Assembly: GCA_965649765.1 (NCBI GenBank)
Contig: OZ287759.1
Location: 43,710,001 to 43,774,000 of the forward strand
Length of the DNA: 64,000 nt
Direction of reading: 5' to 3'
DNA from: Bispira polyomma
Taxonomy: Eukaryota
The notes beneath the pieces were generated by a model. It searched no databases, had not been told where the DNA came from, and was given only the letters and a program-made list of their open reading frames with translations. Of this stretch, positions 24,189 to 36,856 are shown piece by piece; the stretch's first letter is position 1, and each line of letters opens with the position of its first letter. The position numbers were made by a program, and so were the translations under genes.

Positions 24189-27100
24189 AGTTGCCGTGTG
24201 AACTACATGACTGGCATGAGTTGAGATTCACAGTCCCAGGATCCAGAGCATGAAGTTAAGATATAAGTTGACATTCCAAATTTCTTAAGATATTTGAAAG
24301 TTTCCACCAGTAAACACTGGCAAAAGTTAAAATTGGAGACCTTGTTTTATATGTAATATGGGAAGGACAAAGAAGACTCGCAGTAGTGCACCTCAAGCAA
24401 CAAAGAAACCCGCAACCACCAGGAGAGCAGCTTCTGCAAAAATCAAAGATCAAGTGGTAAAAAATTTGAGGGAAGCCGAGACAGAGGTATCCAAAAGGGG
24501 ATCTGACGGATTTTCTGGGGTAATGGCAATATTACAATGTCTCGAGTCGGCCAACGCTGATAATAACAAAAGACTAGACAAAGTAGAACTAAAAGGGACA
24601 GCTAATTCAACCCCTTTGACGTCCCCTGTAGTACCAGCCAGTAATGACACCATGTTAGATTTATGTCTTCACACAACGTTGTCATTACCTCAGAATCTAC
24701 ATCTACTTCAGACTGACCAGCAGTTTGGACACTTAGCCTTGTAACTGGCCACCAACATCATGACTACCAACGGGACGGCATTATTCCCAGGTGAGATGTC
24801 TTGAAATCCATCCCGGACGTTAACGCTGCTGTAAACCAAAGACTGGCTGCGTATGACAGTCAACTACGGTAAGAATTATCCTAAATTAAGACATCCTTAT
24901 GCCAAAAATCTGGCCGTTACAACACCACAGAAGTATGTGGTGTGGAACCTCAATAGCGCTAGGATGATAAGGGATGGATAGGAAGAACAGCCCAGAAGAA
25001 GCCAAACTTTGACGATCTTATTATGCCCTAGTGGGCAGCTGGGCAACTCGCCAACGTCGCCCAGGTCTTTAAACCTAATCTGATGAGGCAAATGCTACAC
25101 CAGATGATCTACTCGCTTAGGGATGCAGACACACTACCATGGATGACAGTGAGGGTAAAAACATGCAGCAAGTCGAAGAGGGGCAACTCGACTGGGCGAA
25201 CTTAACTCAATGGGCATTGAACCACCTTAGCACCTCTCAGCTGGCACTCGTTAAGCCTCAGACCACACACCAGGCTCAGAAGGCAAAAGTTTAGTGCAAA
25301 TTAGTACAAGATAATTGTCACCATCAAGTGGTATACTTAAATTTTCAAAAACATAAGAACTGGTCAGGCTTCTGCTATGTGACAAGAAGTACCACAAATC
25401 ATAGGTATCAGCATTTGGCAAATTTACCAGGTTTTCAGCTGGTGGTCACTACTAAAGAAAAGGTCATTATGTGTGTCCAAACATGTTATCATGTATATCA
25501 GTAAAAGATAGACAGTATGTGTAAACTAACAGGTAAGGTAAATATCAAAGAAGCACGGGGTGTCTAACTATAAACAAGCACAAATTCCTATTAAATCCCA
25601 ACTGAATATTGAAGCTTGGGAGGACATAACCCAAAATCACCCTGATAAAAAATATCACACAATATTTAAAGTTTGGTTTTCCACTGTCATTCAATGATTC
25701 CAAACAACATTTCCACTATTCACCCTTACTTACCAGGACCAAAGATATAAGTAAAAGACGAGTCATTCTTAACCTATCTTATCTGTTGGGTAATTCAGTT
25801 AATGACAACATTCGTCGGGGAATATATGATGACACGGAATTCTCACTAAAATTTCCCAGTATTGACAACATAACTGCAAGCATTCAAGACACTGAAAACC
25901 CACTTATGTTTAAGGTGGACGTGGCCTGCGCATTTAGGAACCTAAGAGTTAATCCAGCGGATGGCTTAAAGCTGGGCATCAAACATAACGACCAGTACTA
26001 CATTGACGCTACTGTTGCGTTTGGCCATGCCCATGGCATTGGGAGTTTTCAGCGCTGTTCGGATATCATAGCAGATCAGATAAAAACACTGGGCTACAAC
26101 CTGCATTGTTACATCGATGACTATGCTTGCACATGTCCAGGCTCTTAGGCAAAACAGCATTTTGACTATCTTTGTGAATTACTGAATTATGTAGGCCTCC
26201 CAATGAACCCTGATAAAGTATGTGCTCCTTCTACCAAGGTTACATTTTTGGGTATTGACGTTGACATCACTGAAGCAACAATCAGCATAACTAGAGAAAA
26301 TATTGCTGAAATATTTCAACATGTGTAGAACACAAAAATATCGTGGATATCTCGTACAAATTTTAATCTGTTTTAGGAAAATGACTTTACATTCACAAAT
26401 GTGTAAAACCGGCACTTGTTTTATTAACCGTCTTCTCTGAGTCTTTAGGGCTTCCCCTGGGGCTAAGCACTTCAAAATTACAAATAGTATTAAAAGTGAT
26501 TTAGATTGGTTTATCACTTTTCTTTTTAATTACAACGGGGTCACTTATATAAATCCCCTTCCAATTAAGGCAAACAAAGAAATGTATTTGGATGATGCCT
26601 CACAGGCTTGGGGGGAATTTGGAATAACCAGCTATATTACACACCCGTTTAAAACATATATGAATACGACCTGCATATTACACAATTAGGGATTGTCAAT
26701 ATAGTAGTAGCTTTGAAAGTTTGGGGAGAAAACTAGGCTCACCAAAAGGTGCCAGTCTGTTGTGACAACATGGCCGTGGTCTTGGTCGTCCAGACTGGCA
26801 AAACCAAGGGCCCATAGTTAGCCTCTTGTAACCGTAATATTTGGTTACTTACTTCAACACACGACATTACTTTAGAAATAGTACACATCAAGGGGATAAA
26901 AAACATACTGGCGGATGCTTTGTCCAGAATCTATTCGGACAAGCCTCCCAAACAAAGTATGATGCAGTTACTTAGTAAGAACATAAACTGGTTCCAATAA
27001 GTCACTTTAACTTGAATCTTAACATATAATTTCAGGTGCCACATCATCATCTGACACACTAAGACAGGCAGCTATTGACAGGATACACTCTGCCGTGAGA

Positions 27101-29147
27101 CCTTCTACCACAGCAGCATATTCCAGCCAATTCAGAACTTACTTGTCATTCTTATAGTTTGTTCACAAACAGGACATCACTGTCCATTCTGTATTAGCTT
27201 TCCTAGCATATCTGACACAGAACAACATCTCACCAAAAGTGGTGAACAATTATCTAGCAGGCATAAAGTTTATGTGTTGGAAGTATAATCTGAACCATAC
27301 AGTGCTGCAACATAATTCCATTGCTCTCTTCACACGTAGCCTCAGTCACACTTTTTCATTTAGATCTGCTCCAACAGGAGTATTTAAGATTAAGCAATTA
27401 TTGTCAATTTCGAAAACCTGTTATATACTTGGCGACCCTATACTCTATAGGGCCATATTTTTTATGGCATTTTATGGTTTCTTGTGCATGTCTAACATTG
27501 CCCCACACTCCAGGAAGAAATTTGATTCTTCAAAGCACATGCTGCGTCAAGATCTAATATTTGGTCCTCCTGGAGTTCATGTAATTATAAAATGAGCCAA
27601 AAACATGCAGGATTGTTCCAAATCACACGTGGTTCAATTACCAAAAATAAAAATACCCATTCTCTGCCCAGTTCGGGCTCTACAGAACCTCATGCAATCC
27701 AGGAAAACTTCAGATTTTTCACCTATCTTTGTAACTGTATGACCCCCACATCATCCCATAGTGGATTCACACATTAGGGAAGCTTTGAGAACAGTACTCG
27801 AGCATGAAGGCATAAATCACACTATCCATGGTTTCCATACATTCCGTAGATCTGGAGCCACACTGGCTTTCAACAACAACATATCTCTTCAGAACATCAT
27901 GGTACATGGGCTTTAGCGAAGCTCTGCTGTATGGACATACCTACAAGCAACTTCCCAAGCTGCCTCATTAATCCCTTCCACATTTGCAGAAATTTTCCCC
28001 TCTTCAGTTTGACTTTGGGTTTGGACTTATTAAAAATTTTACATATATTTTAGAATTTTAAATATTATGTTGATAAACCTGTACATAGATACTAACATGT
28101 ACAGAAAATAAATCTCCAAACCTTAATTTATGGTTATTATTTCATGACTTTAACAATCACCACATATTAAGGGAATTGTGACTAGCACGACCACTTTAGG
28201 GGTCTGCTGTATCAGTTCACACACCACAACTTTAATTACCAGTTCAGTAATTACTGTTCATTGAACCTTATCAGCCATAACCAATCACCTACTGACCCCC
28301 TCCTGAATTAGCTTATGCTGCCCTAACTTCTGGCACCATTTTGAAAGCAATTTTCCGCACTGGAAAAAGTTAAAATTACCTCCACCTTCCGCTTGTTCTC
28401 CTCCATGATTAAGGAAATTTATCTTTATCTATATAACTTGCATGTCACCACCAGCCGGTTCAAACCCGGATCTGTGTGGTGCTGGTTCTCAGCTTGCAAC
28501 TACTCCCTGGTGTGGGCTACTTGGGAATTTAGCTCTGCAGCTGGGAACCTTAACTGCTATGCGGCTAGGTGCCGTAGGACCCGGGTTCTAACTTTGCTGG
28601 TGATTTTGTTCGAGATGACAAAAGATTTATTAGCAAGTATTAACTTTATGTTACTTGAAATTTGTTAAACTTCATATGCACAATGAATGCAGAGACACTT
28701 TAAGAAAGGCATAAGGTTCACTGTTGATGAATGTTGGATAACCTCAGACGTGGTTCATTGGACCATTATGATAGTAAGAACGTAAATGTTGCATAATGCA
28801 CTATTATATGTTGCTAAAACAGACTTTCATGTATGCTTATGATCCTTTTACTGTTTTAATTGCAACTTTTAGTGACATACGTTATGGTTAATCGCTAGTC
28901 CTACATGTATGTTATCTATAGTATTATGTTATGTATGATTTTTTCTTACCTGTTTATATTATGCATGTCCGCTTATGTGGACTTATAGTTACCCGTATGG
29001 GTTTGTTAAAAAATTTACATATATTTTAAAATTTTAAATATTATGTTGATAAACCTGTACATAGCCACTAACATGTACAGAAAAGAAATCTTCAAACCTT
29101 AATTTATTGTTATTACTTTATGACTTTAACAATCACCACATATCAAG
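24189..29147 (+). mobile_element. decayed tyrosine-recombinase retrotransposon 1 (DIRS superfamily, PAT/Ngaro-like, no methyltransferase seen)
   Basis: gag from 24358; RT KVDVACAFRNL and YIDDY (25786..26148); RNaseH CDNMAVV and ADALSR; YR 27036-28012 with HTFRRSGAT; ~140-bp direct repeat 28029-28171 / 29006-29147. Confidence 0.92.
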
Positions 29148-32100
29148 AAAACTGTCCAAGTTTGTTGAGATATTGGAAGGCCAGCTACAATATAAGTGAC
29201 CAAGCCCTTTATTAAACGCCAGCTGGACTTCAAGTGTCCAAGCCATTTAATTGAAGTATCAATAACCCATATGGATAAGGGATAAGGTATTACTTTTGTG
29301 TGTAGATGAACAAAATTATACAAACTATGTTGTATAGTTTGGGCCATTTATTAACTACTGTTTAACATGGAATACTACAATTAATAAGCAATTAGTAATT
29401 TTAATATTATTATTTATTAGTATGATTGCTTTTGTACATGTGTGTATTAACCACACACATATATATGGTTGATAAACACAAGTTACATATGTAGTGAATA
29501 AAAGGGGCTGACCCTGAGCCCAATTGTGTTGTGTAGAAGAGTTGGTAAGGAATGATCGACCTCAGTCTTGTGAGCTGCATTAGTGTTTTGTGGATATGTA
29601 TATATAGCATCGCTCGTCTAACTGCCATGGAGTTTTTCACTTCTCATAAACGCATGGAATGTGTAGTGTGGGGCTGTATGGTGTATAATAGTTGCCAAAG
29701 TTTGTATTGCTTTATATGCCAATACTGGTGTTTATTTTGTTGATCACTTCATTCAATCTACAAAAACTACTTCGATAAGAAGACTTTTTTTACAGACATA
29801 AGTGATTGGATAGATAAGTGATTGGATAGATATGTTTCACAACACTGTGTCCAAAGTTACTAAAATTTTAGAAATAGGAATACAGTGGTTTCAAGAAATA
29901 GCTAATACTAATACCACATTCTGGCGACTTGTTTTTTGTGCCTGGTGTCTGTAAACTGTTAAACCCTGTATTTTCCTCTTGCATCCACCTTTTTTCCAGT
30001 TAATTTGGAAATGAGTGCACAAGTTTAAAAGAAACCACAGGGATCGGCGGGAAAGGATGGGTAGACAGCTTGAGTGCTTGGCCAATGAGAATCCTTCTTG
30101 CATCCAAAGATACCCAACTTTGGGTACATGAACCAATAGGGTAGTTTGTAACTGTTTAGGGGGTGATCTGGGAGAAAACTCTGGATGCCTCATGGTAGGT
30201 TCTTTCTCTTTTGTGTGTGGATTTTGGAGAGACAGGACGTGTTGTCAATAATAGGTATGAGTTTTTACATATCTTCATATGTGTGCCGTATTAACGGTTG
30301 ACCCCTAGGATGTATAGGGTGTAGCAGGTACCGGGGGGTGACAATAAATAATAATATTCCAAATTTAAACCAAACTATATTTTATTTTAGCAAACACACA
30401 CATCTAACTTTGTACACAGAGAGCTTGACCAGAACTATTTCCAGAGCTTCATAATAACACAGAGTCCAATAGCTGTTTTTTCTTTTTATCTAAGAACTTA
30501 TCCCCTTATTATACACCATGCTCTGTTGCTGAACTGTTACTAATTACTCTCTCGTAAACTATTCTCCTTTCATCTGATTCCTCTGTCAGAGAATATCTTG
30601 TGCTTATATACTGTACTAATTAAATATTTGATTAGTTCATAATATTAACAATAAAACTTCATTTATTATGTTAAATACAATACATGATACACATTATATA
30701 CTGAATGACCAATACTATACACCATGTGAAAAAGAGATAATATATAGCAGTTCATAATATTAGGAGCAAGAAGCATATAATTAGTGTCTGTTCATAACTT
30801 AAGCAAGGACTGCTTCATACTATAAACAGACATATAGACATATATTATGATTAGAACCTATGTGTACATACATTTAGGGAACACTCAACACTATAGTAAT
30901 TTATGCCATTTCTTTGATAATGATATGAACAAGGAGATTTCCACTTAAGATGTCACTGGTCATTACAGCAATTCATATGTCTGGAGCTACTTATTATAGA
31001 AATGATATGGCTGGAGAGTATGCTAGGTAATTTGTACCGTGGAATATCTATGTTTAAGAGAAAACTTAACTACTAAATGATTTTGCTGATATTACTGTTT
31101 TGAAGTATTACATTTTAATTACATTTCTTTATTTTAGCCTACTTTTAAATTTCGTCAATTTCTCATTTGGCAGATATGTGAGTTGTTATCAGGTTTAATG
31201 GGGATAGGTGGGGGGGGGGGACTGTGGGATAGCAGGTAATCATCTCACCATTATTCTAAATTTATTATAATAAAATCATGTACACTAGTGGGCTGTAAAA
31301 TTATTACTTTGAACTTTGGTTTGTAGGGGAGGTATCCAGTTCTCAGGTGAAGGCCTTTATTTGTAATCTTGACCTCTATTGGCGATTTCAATTTTATTCT
31401 GGACATACATGTCTGAAAACTGTATTTGTAAATTCATTCATTATCATACTTCATATAAAATACTTTGGGGCTAGGATTGGTCTTCCTGTGCCGGTCAGTT
31501 TCCCTGTTCAGACCAGAGGAAGGACTTCTGTCTTAGGTAATAGGTATGAGTATCTGTAGTTAGCTCTTTTCTCTTGTGATGGTTTTCGTAACTGCACATA
31601 AGTGTAATACTTCAATATGATTTCCTTATTTAAATGCTTTGAATAATGTTCTTACTTGCATTTATATTTAATTGCATTTGCTAAATATACTCACCCTTAC
31701 ATGATTTATGTATGTGTGGGTTGTGTAAATCTATGTTTTTCTGTTTCAGTTCCCCGTGGTTGAGGGAAAGTTGGTTCTATAAGAAACCTAAGACTAAACT
31801 TGCCTTATTCAACACAGTAAAAGAATTGCGGATATAGTTTATTAGTATCTAGCATTGTTAAATCTACAGGTATTATATACAGTTGATGACTCTAAGGTAG
31901 GGGCATAAGGTCAACTTAAACTCAGCAGTACAACTGAGGTGAACATAAGGTCATCTTAAATTAAGAGAAAGGTAAGGTTGACTTAAGGTCACCTTAAAAA
32001 CAGAAATTTAGAGGGCCTAAAGGCGGCCCTAAATTTAGTTTAAGAATAGCAACCTGTATCTGCAAGGTAAGATGATTAAGGGCACCATTCAGTGATCCTA

Positions 32101-32394
32101 ACTTTACTTTTAGATTTTATTATAACATACCTTGAGTTTGAGTTAGTCTGGAAGTTGAGGGCACCAAATGGTAGCCCTAACTTGAGTTTACTGCTGATTT
32201 ACAGCGTACTATAAAGGTTGCAAATTGATTTGGAATAAGATGTGTAAGAGCACATAATGTAATGAGATATAAGTTGACCTTATGCCCCAGGACAGTGGGA
32301 ACTGTGAACTGTCCAGTATGCATTTGTTATACATTAACATTTATATATTTATTTGACAGGTGAGCCATAGATGCCAGACCACCAAACACCAGAG

Positions 32395-33383
32395 TTACCC
32401 AGAAGTAGGTTGGAGAGCAGATCTGAAGGAGTCAACAACCTGAAAACCAGTCTGTGCAGAATCTGTTATATACCTCCACACGCAGTCCGATGTCCAGGTG
32501 CCATGACGCTGGATGTCGTGGATGTTGACATTATTGTTAAACGCGAAAGTGGCACCTGAACGCCGGAAGGCATGAAAAGTGAGATTTAGATGAGCACATC
32601 CCAGGAGTTGCAGAATGTTTTTCAGATGGCGCCGTACCCTGGTGTCAGTCAGGGGAATCCAAGAGCCACCTAGCCTGTATTGTAAAAGGGGAGCATTAGG
32701 GCCAGAGTGGGTGAGGGCTAAAGCATTCTTCAAAGCAGCAACTGGGCACAGATTAGAATTTCGCAGTACAGGAATATTTAATAATTTAATCTGATTATTC
32801 GTCTGCATGGTCTTTGACCATTTAATCAATAAGGTAATGTAGCCAGGTTTAAAAAGCACATCCCCTCTGGCCAAGTGCTTGAGGGGAGAAAAAGTCGCCA
32901 CAGAGTGGGGACACAAATTTGACAGCCTCAGAAAACTAAAAAAGCTGTTTAGGTAAACGGCCTTAAAAATTTGGCCCATATAAGTGCTATCACACTTAGC
33001 CACTAGGGCAGTTAACAAGGGGATATCAAATATAGCCTTTAACTTTGCTTGCAGGGGTCTATTGACAGCAAGAGCCTTACTAAAGTGGCCTATACGGGGA
33101 TCTAAAAAACAGTCCACATCTATATGAAAGAGAATGCACTTAGCCTTAACGACCGAGAGGTGATTAGCGATTTGAGAAGCTGACATGTGATTAAAGCTTA
33201 AAAATTCTAGAAAAGATAGAATACCAAACACATTCACCTGATCAACTGGCCATTGCATGAAGATCCCAAAGGCTAAAAACAGCTTAAACATACTGTCTTA
33301 GGCTCTAGCTGTAGACTCCGCGAAGGCAAAGTGCTGTTTTTTACAGGCTCAGCTTCTAAGTAAAGCATCCAATGGGTGAATGT
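32395..33383 (-). pseudogene. tyrosine recombinase of element 2
   Basis: Catalytic R (FLRLSN), K (WSKT), HxxR (HAFRRSG), H/W (RHGTW) and Y (VWRY) are present; two in-frame stops lie in the 92 nt upstream of the ATG at 33291. Confidence 0.9.
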
Positions 33384-33418
33384 CTGAAACATAAGGTACT
33401 GTATAGACAAATCAAGGG

Positions 33419-35639
33419 TTATATTGTCTGGTCAATTTCCAGTAAAGTGACATCAGTCTCCAGCCAATTAACTGGGCCAGCCCATTGAGCCAGTAAGTAC
33501 TCATTATTAGAAGTTTTGTTCCAACGGTAGAGAAGGTCTGCAATTATGTTCTTTTTACCTAGTATATGGACCACTCTGATATCTATATCAAATTTACTAG
33601 CCCACATAAAGATATTTCGACTATAGGCAGCAAGCAAAGGATCTTGGGTGCGTCCTGTTTCTAGAATACTCACTACAGCTTGATTATCACATTTAAAAAG
33701 GATTCTACTCCCCTTCCAGACCCTGGACCATAGTTTCAATGCTACTAGTATGTTAATCATTTCCAGGGAGGCAATATTATCAGTGGTCATAGACTCGGGT
33801 ACTTGTAAGTTATAAACTTCGTTCCGACAGATCCCCCCATGCCAGTTAAGCAACAATCTAACTCAACTTGTGCATAGATGGCCTTATGTGCAAAAAAGGA
33901 AACCCCATTAAACTGTTGCATAAAGGTTCTGAACCAGTTCAGATCACGCCTAAATTCCTCAGTTACACAAAATCTGATCTTGCTTTGGTTATCCCTAAGT
34001 AACTGCAGCATTCGATTGAGAAATACTCTGGCATATCTTATGCACTTGGCCACATATAATAAAGACCCTAACAGGGATTGGAGTTCTTTCTTTGTACAAT
34101 ATTTTTTATTCTTCCAAGTAGCACATTTTTCCCTAATTTCGCTCATTTTCTCAGCCGGAATGGAAGTAGTGAAATTCTCAGTATTTATAAGTATACCTAG
34201 ACATACAAACCTGAGTACTAGGGGGCACGAGCTTTGTCTGACTTACTGTCAGCCCTAGCTCCCTCAGAAGAGCCTGCAACCTGATATAGGTTATTGTATT
34301 TATTGGAAGCGATACAGTCAAAAAATTATCTACGTAGTTGTGGACTTTGTGTCCTTCTGCCTTCATGATAAATCTGACTGTGTCTGACAAACGCTGAAAT
34401 ATAGTACTTCCATTTTGATACCCAAAGGGGAGACACTTATCGATGTAATATTGCTTCCATTTCAGACCTAGTAGATTGATGTCCCTGGGATTGATCGGCA
34501 CGTGCCTAAAGGCCCTACTCACGTCGACTTTAAATATGTGGCAACCTTTACCCAAGCTGGTGACCTCCTTAGTGAGGTCATCAATAGACAGATAGGACAA
34601 TATAAATTCTGTTTCGAGATAGGAAATTTGAGATGCACCTCCATTTACTGAGTGGCCCTGTGACCAACTCAGATCCACTATAACTCTCCTGTTAACAGAA
34701 CTGGATTTCTCTCGTGTCATCATAGGTGAGCAACGTAATTGTTTAAGAGGGGGTTCTTTAAAAGGGCCTAATATCGCCCCAAATTTACACTCTTCCTCAA
34801 GATAAGCTTCTATATGCTCTGGAAAACTATCAGCAGAACTATGATTGGGATTTTCGGTTTGACTAATTTCGTTTCTACACACATCCAAAGGGAAGCCATA
34901 TTTTACCAGCAATGGCAATTGCCAGTCCCAGTAGTCAGTAAAATAGTCTTTCCATTTGTCAGCATTTAATTGGGATTTTACCGCCAGTTGTAAGCCCTTA
35001 TAGTTATGTCTCCCATCCCCCCGCAGTTTAGAATGCATTTCAAAGACATCGAGACCATGATTTTTTGAGCCATTATCCAGAATTTTGCATCCCAGAGTTG
35101 TGAGAGGGGTAAACCCATAACTTACATTGTTCTGCTCTTTCCATTTTTGATGAGTTTCATTAGACAAGGCCTTGGCCAGCAAATCTCGTTTATTACGTTT
35201 CTGCTTGAGCTCTAACGCAGGAGGCAACTAAATCACCCAAATTTGTTTCCTTATGGGTCTTTATGCAAGGAACCTTGCCTTTACATTTGCCATTGACACC
35301 ACTGATTTTGTTAGCTATTGGTTGTTGAGGACCCTTATAGGCTTCCATACTTGCACTTCCACTACCCTTGACCTCCTCATTGCTGCCCAAGGCAACATTG
35401 GTTTGGCTGAGGGGGTGAAATCTATTATGCCACGCAGAAGTGCGACACGTGTTAATTTTGTTCGAATTTACAATGGTAACCCTTTGGTCCAACTCACAGC
35501 TGTTGCTTTTATGTCGCGTGGAAGGAACAAAGGGGAACTTATTGACACTATTTACACTCGGTTTTTTGTGAATGCGTGGGAGGACCTGCCTGTGCACTTT
35601 CTTTACACAGGTCCGAATTTCCCCCACACGTTCACTCAC
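33419..35639 (-). pseudogene. RT-RNaseH of element 2 (frameshifted)
   Basis: KVDVSRAFRHVP, CLPFG, YVDNF, LLGSLLYVAKC, CDNQAVV, ADLLYR spread over consecutive ORFs. Confidence 0.9.
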
Positions 35640-35868
35640 CTTGTCCTAATCACATGTATTTACAGTTTTTCCATCACCATATTTGCTTTTATTTACCTTT
35701 TTCAACGCTTTGCTGTAAGAATAACGCGGCCGTGTACCTTTACTGTGTGCAAGCATTTTAGCTGTCGCAGCTTTATCCAACAAGTGAAAATCACTGAATT
35801 TTGACTTATAAAAAGTTCGTGAATAGACATTAATTTCTTGATTTACACTGCCAAACTGCAGTGGCTAC

Positions 35869-36856
35869 TCAGTTTTTTAAATTTTTCTTGCTACAGGTGT
35901 TGGTCTTGTGTGTTCTCCCACAGGCTTCACACACGTGTTTAAAATAGGTATTGCCTGTTTTGTGGCTGTTGGGGAATTTGCATGAGCCATCTTGGTAAAA
36001 TTTACAGTTGGCAGTTGATGGCTTACCTTGGGCATTACTCTTGTTTGAACCACGACTGACAGTGACCGAGCTGTTGCTAACAATATGTCGCAGGGCATGC
36101 GCTCTGCGAAATCTGTCCAACTTATCAACGTCCGACCAGTTAAGCTTGTCCATCTCCATATGAGTAAGGACAACGGCATGACATGCTTTTGCAGCTTCCC
36201 AAGAGAAGTCCTCCGCGTCCTCCATCAAATTTGCCATTTAATCAAGCATTATCTCACGGGTTTCATTCGATTTTTCTTCATGAATTATACGGGTAAACCC
36301 ACACACCCACTGGTTTAAAGATAGGTCATCGTATGTGAGTCTGGACTTAAAGTTGCCTGTCAAAACATGATTTTACAGCCACTCGACAACGCGTTTGACT
36401 AGCACATCAACGCCCCCCCCCCCCTTTGAGATTTCAATTTACCTGGATTCGTATTTTCATTTAACTGTTTAAGCTCAGCTAATCTTACTTCTACTTGATT
36501 CTGAATCTGGGTGTTTTTCCGTAGAAAATCAATCCCTGGAATTATATTATCAGAGGGCAACGTTTCGGCACTGACATTGTTCACAGAACTACTAGCGATG
36601 CCAGGATTTACAATGTTATTGGACACACTAGAATTTGAAATACTACCTCCTGGTTTTTGTCTGCTGCCAAAGCCGCTTCTGTCTGTTGGACTCGTTGATC
36701 CATCCGCTCCATCATTTTTGCCATAGATTGTAATTGCAACAATATTTGATTAGACACTACGTTAGATTCCAAACCTGTGGTCATTGATGGAGCATTTGGA
36801 ACAATTAAAAACTGCCGGCATTGTAAAATACAATGAATAAAATCAACTAAAAACAC
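35869..36856 (-). pseudogene. gag-like ORF of element 2
   Basis: ORFs 36608..36856, 36399..36626, 35869..36237; EDAEDFSWEAAKACHAVVL and a C-terminal zinc finger. Confidence 0.8.

Noticed and set aside
30320-30889. Possible solo LTR (minus TG...CA with AATAAA)
   Set aside because: No target-site duplication, PBS or second copy visible.
32010-32182. AGGGC-containing hairpins as further histone stem-loops
   Set aside because: Arm order and loop length do not fit GGYYYT-N4-ARRRCC-ACC on either strand.
32395-33291. Phage integrase or bacterial contamination
   Set aside because: The recombinase is embedded with gag and RT/RNaseH in DIRS-type order, next to a spliceosomal gene.
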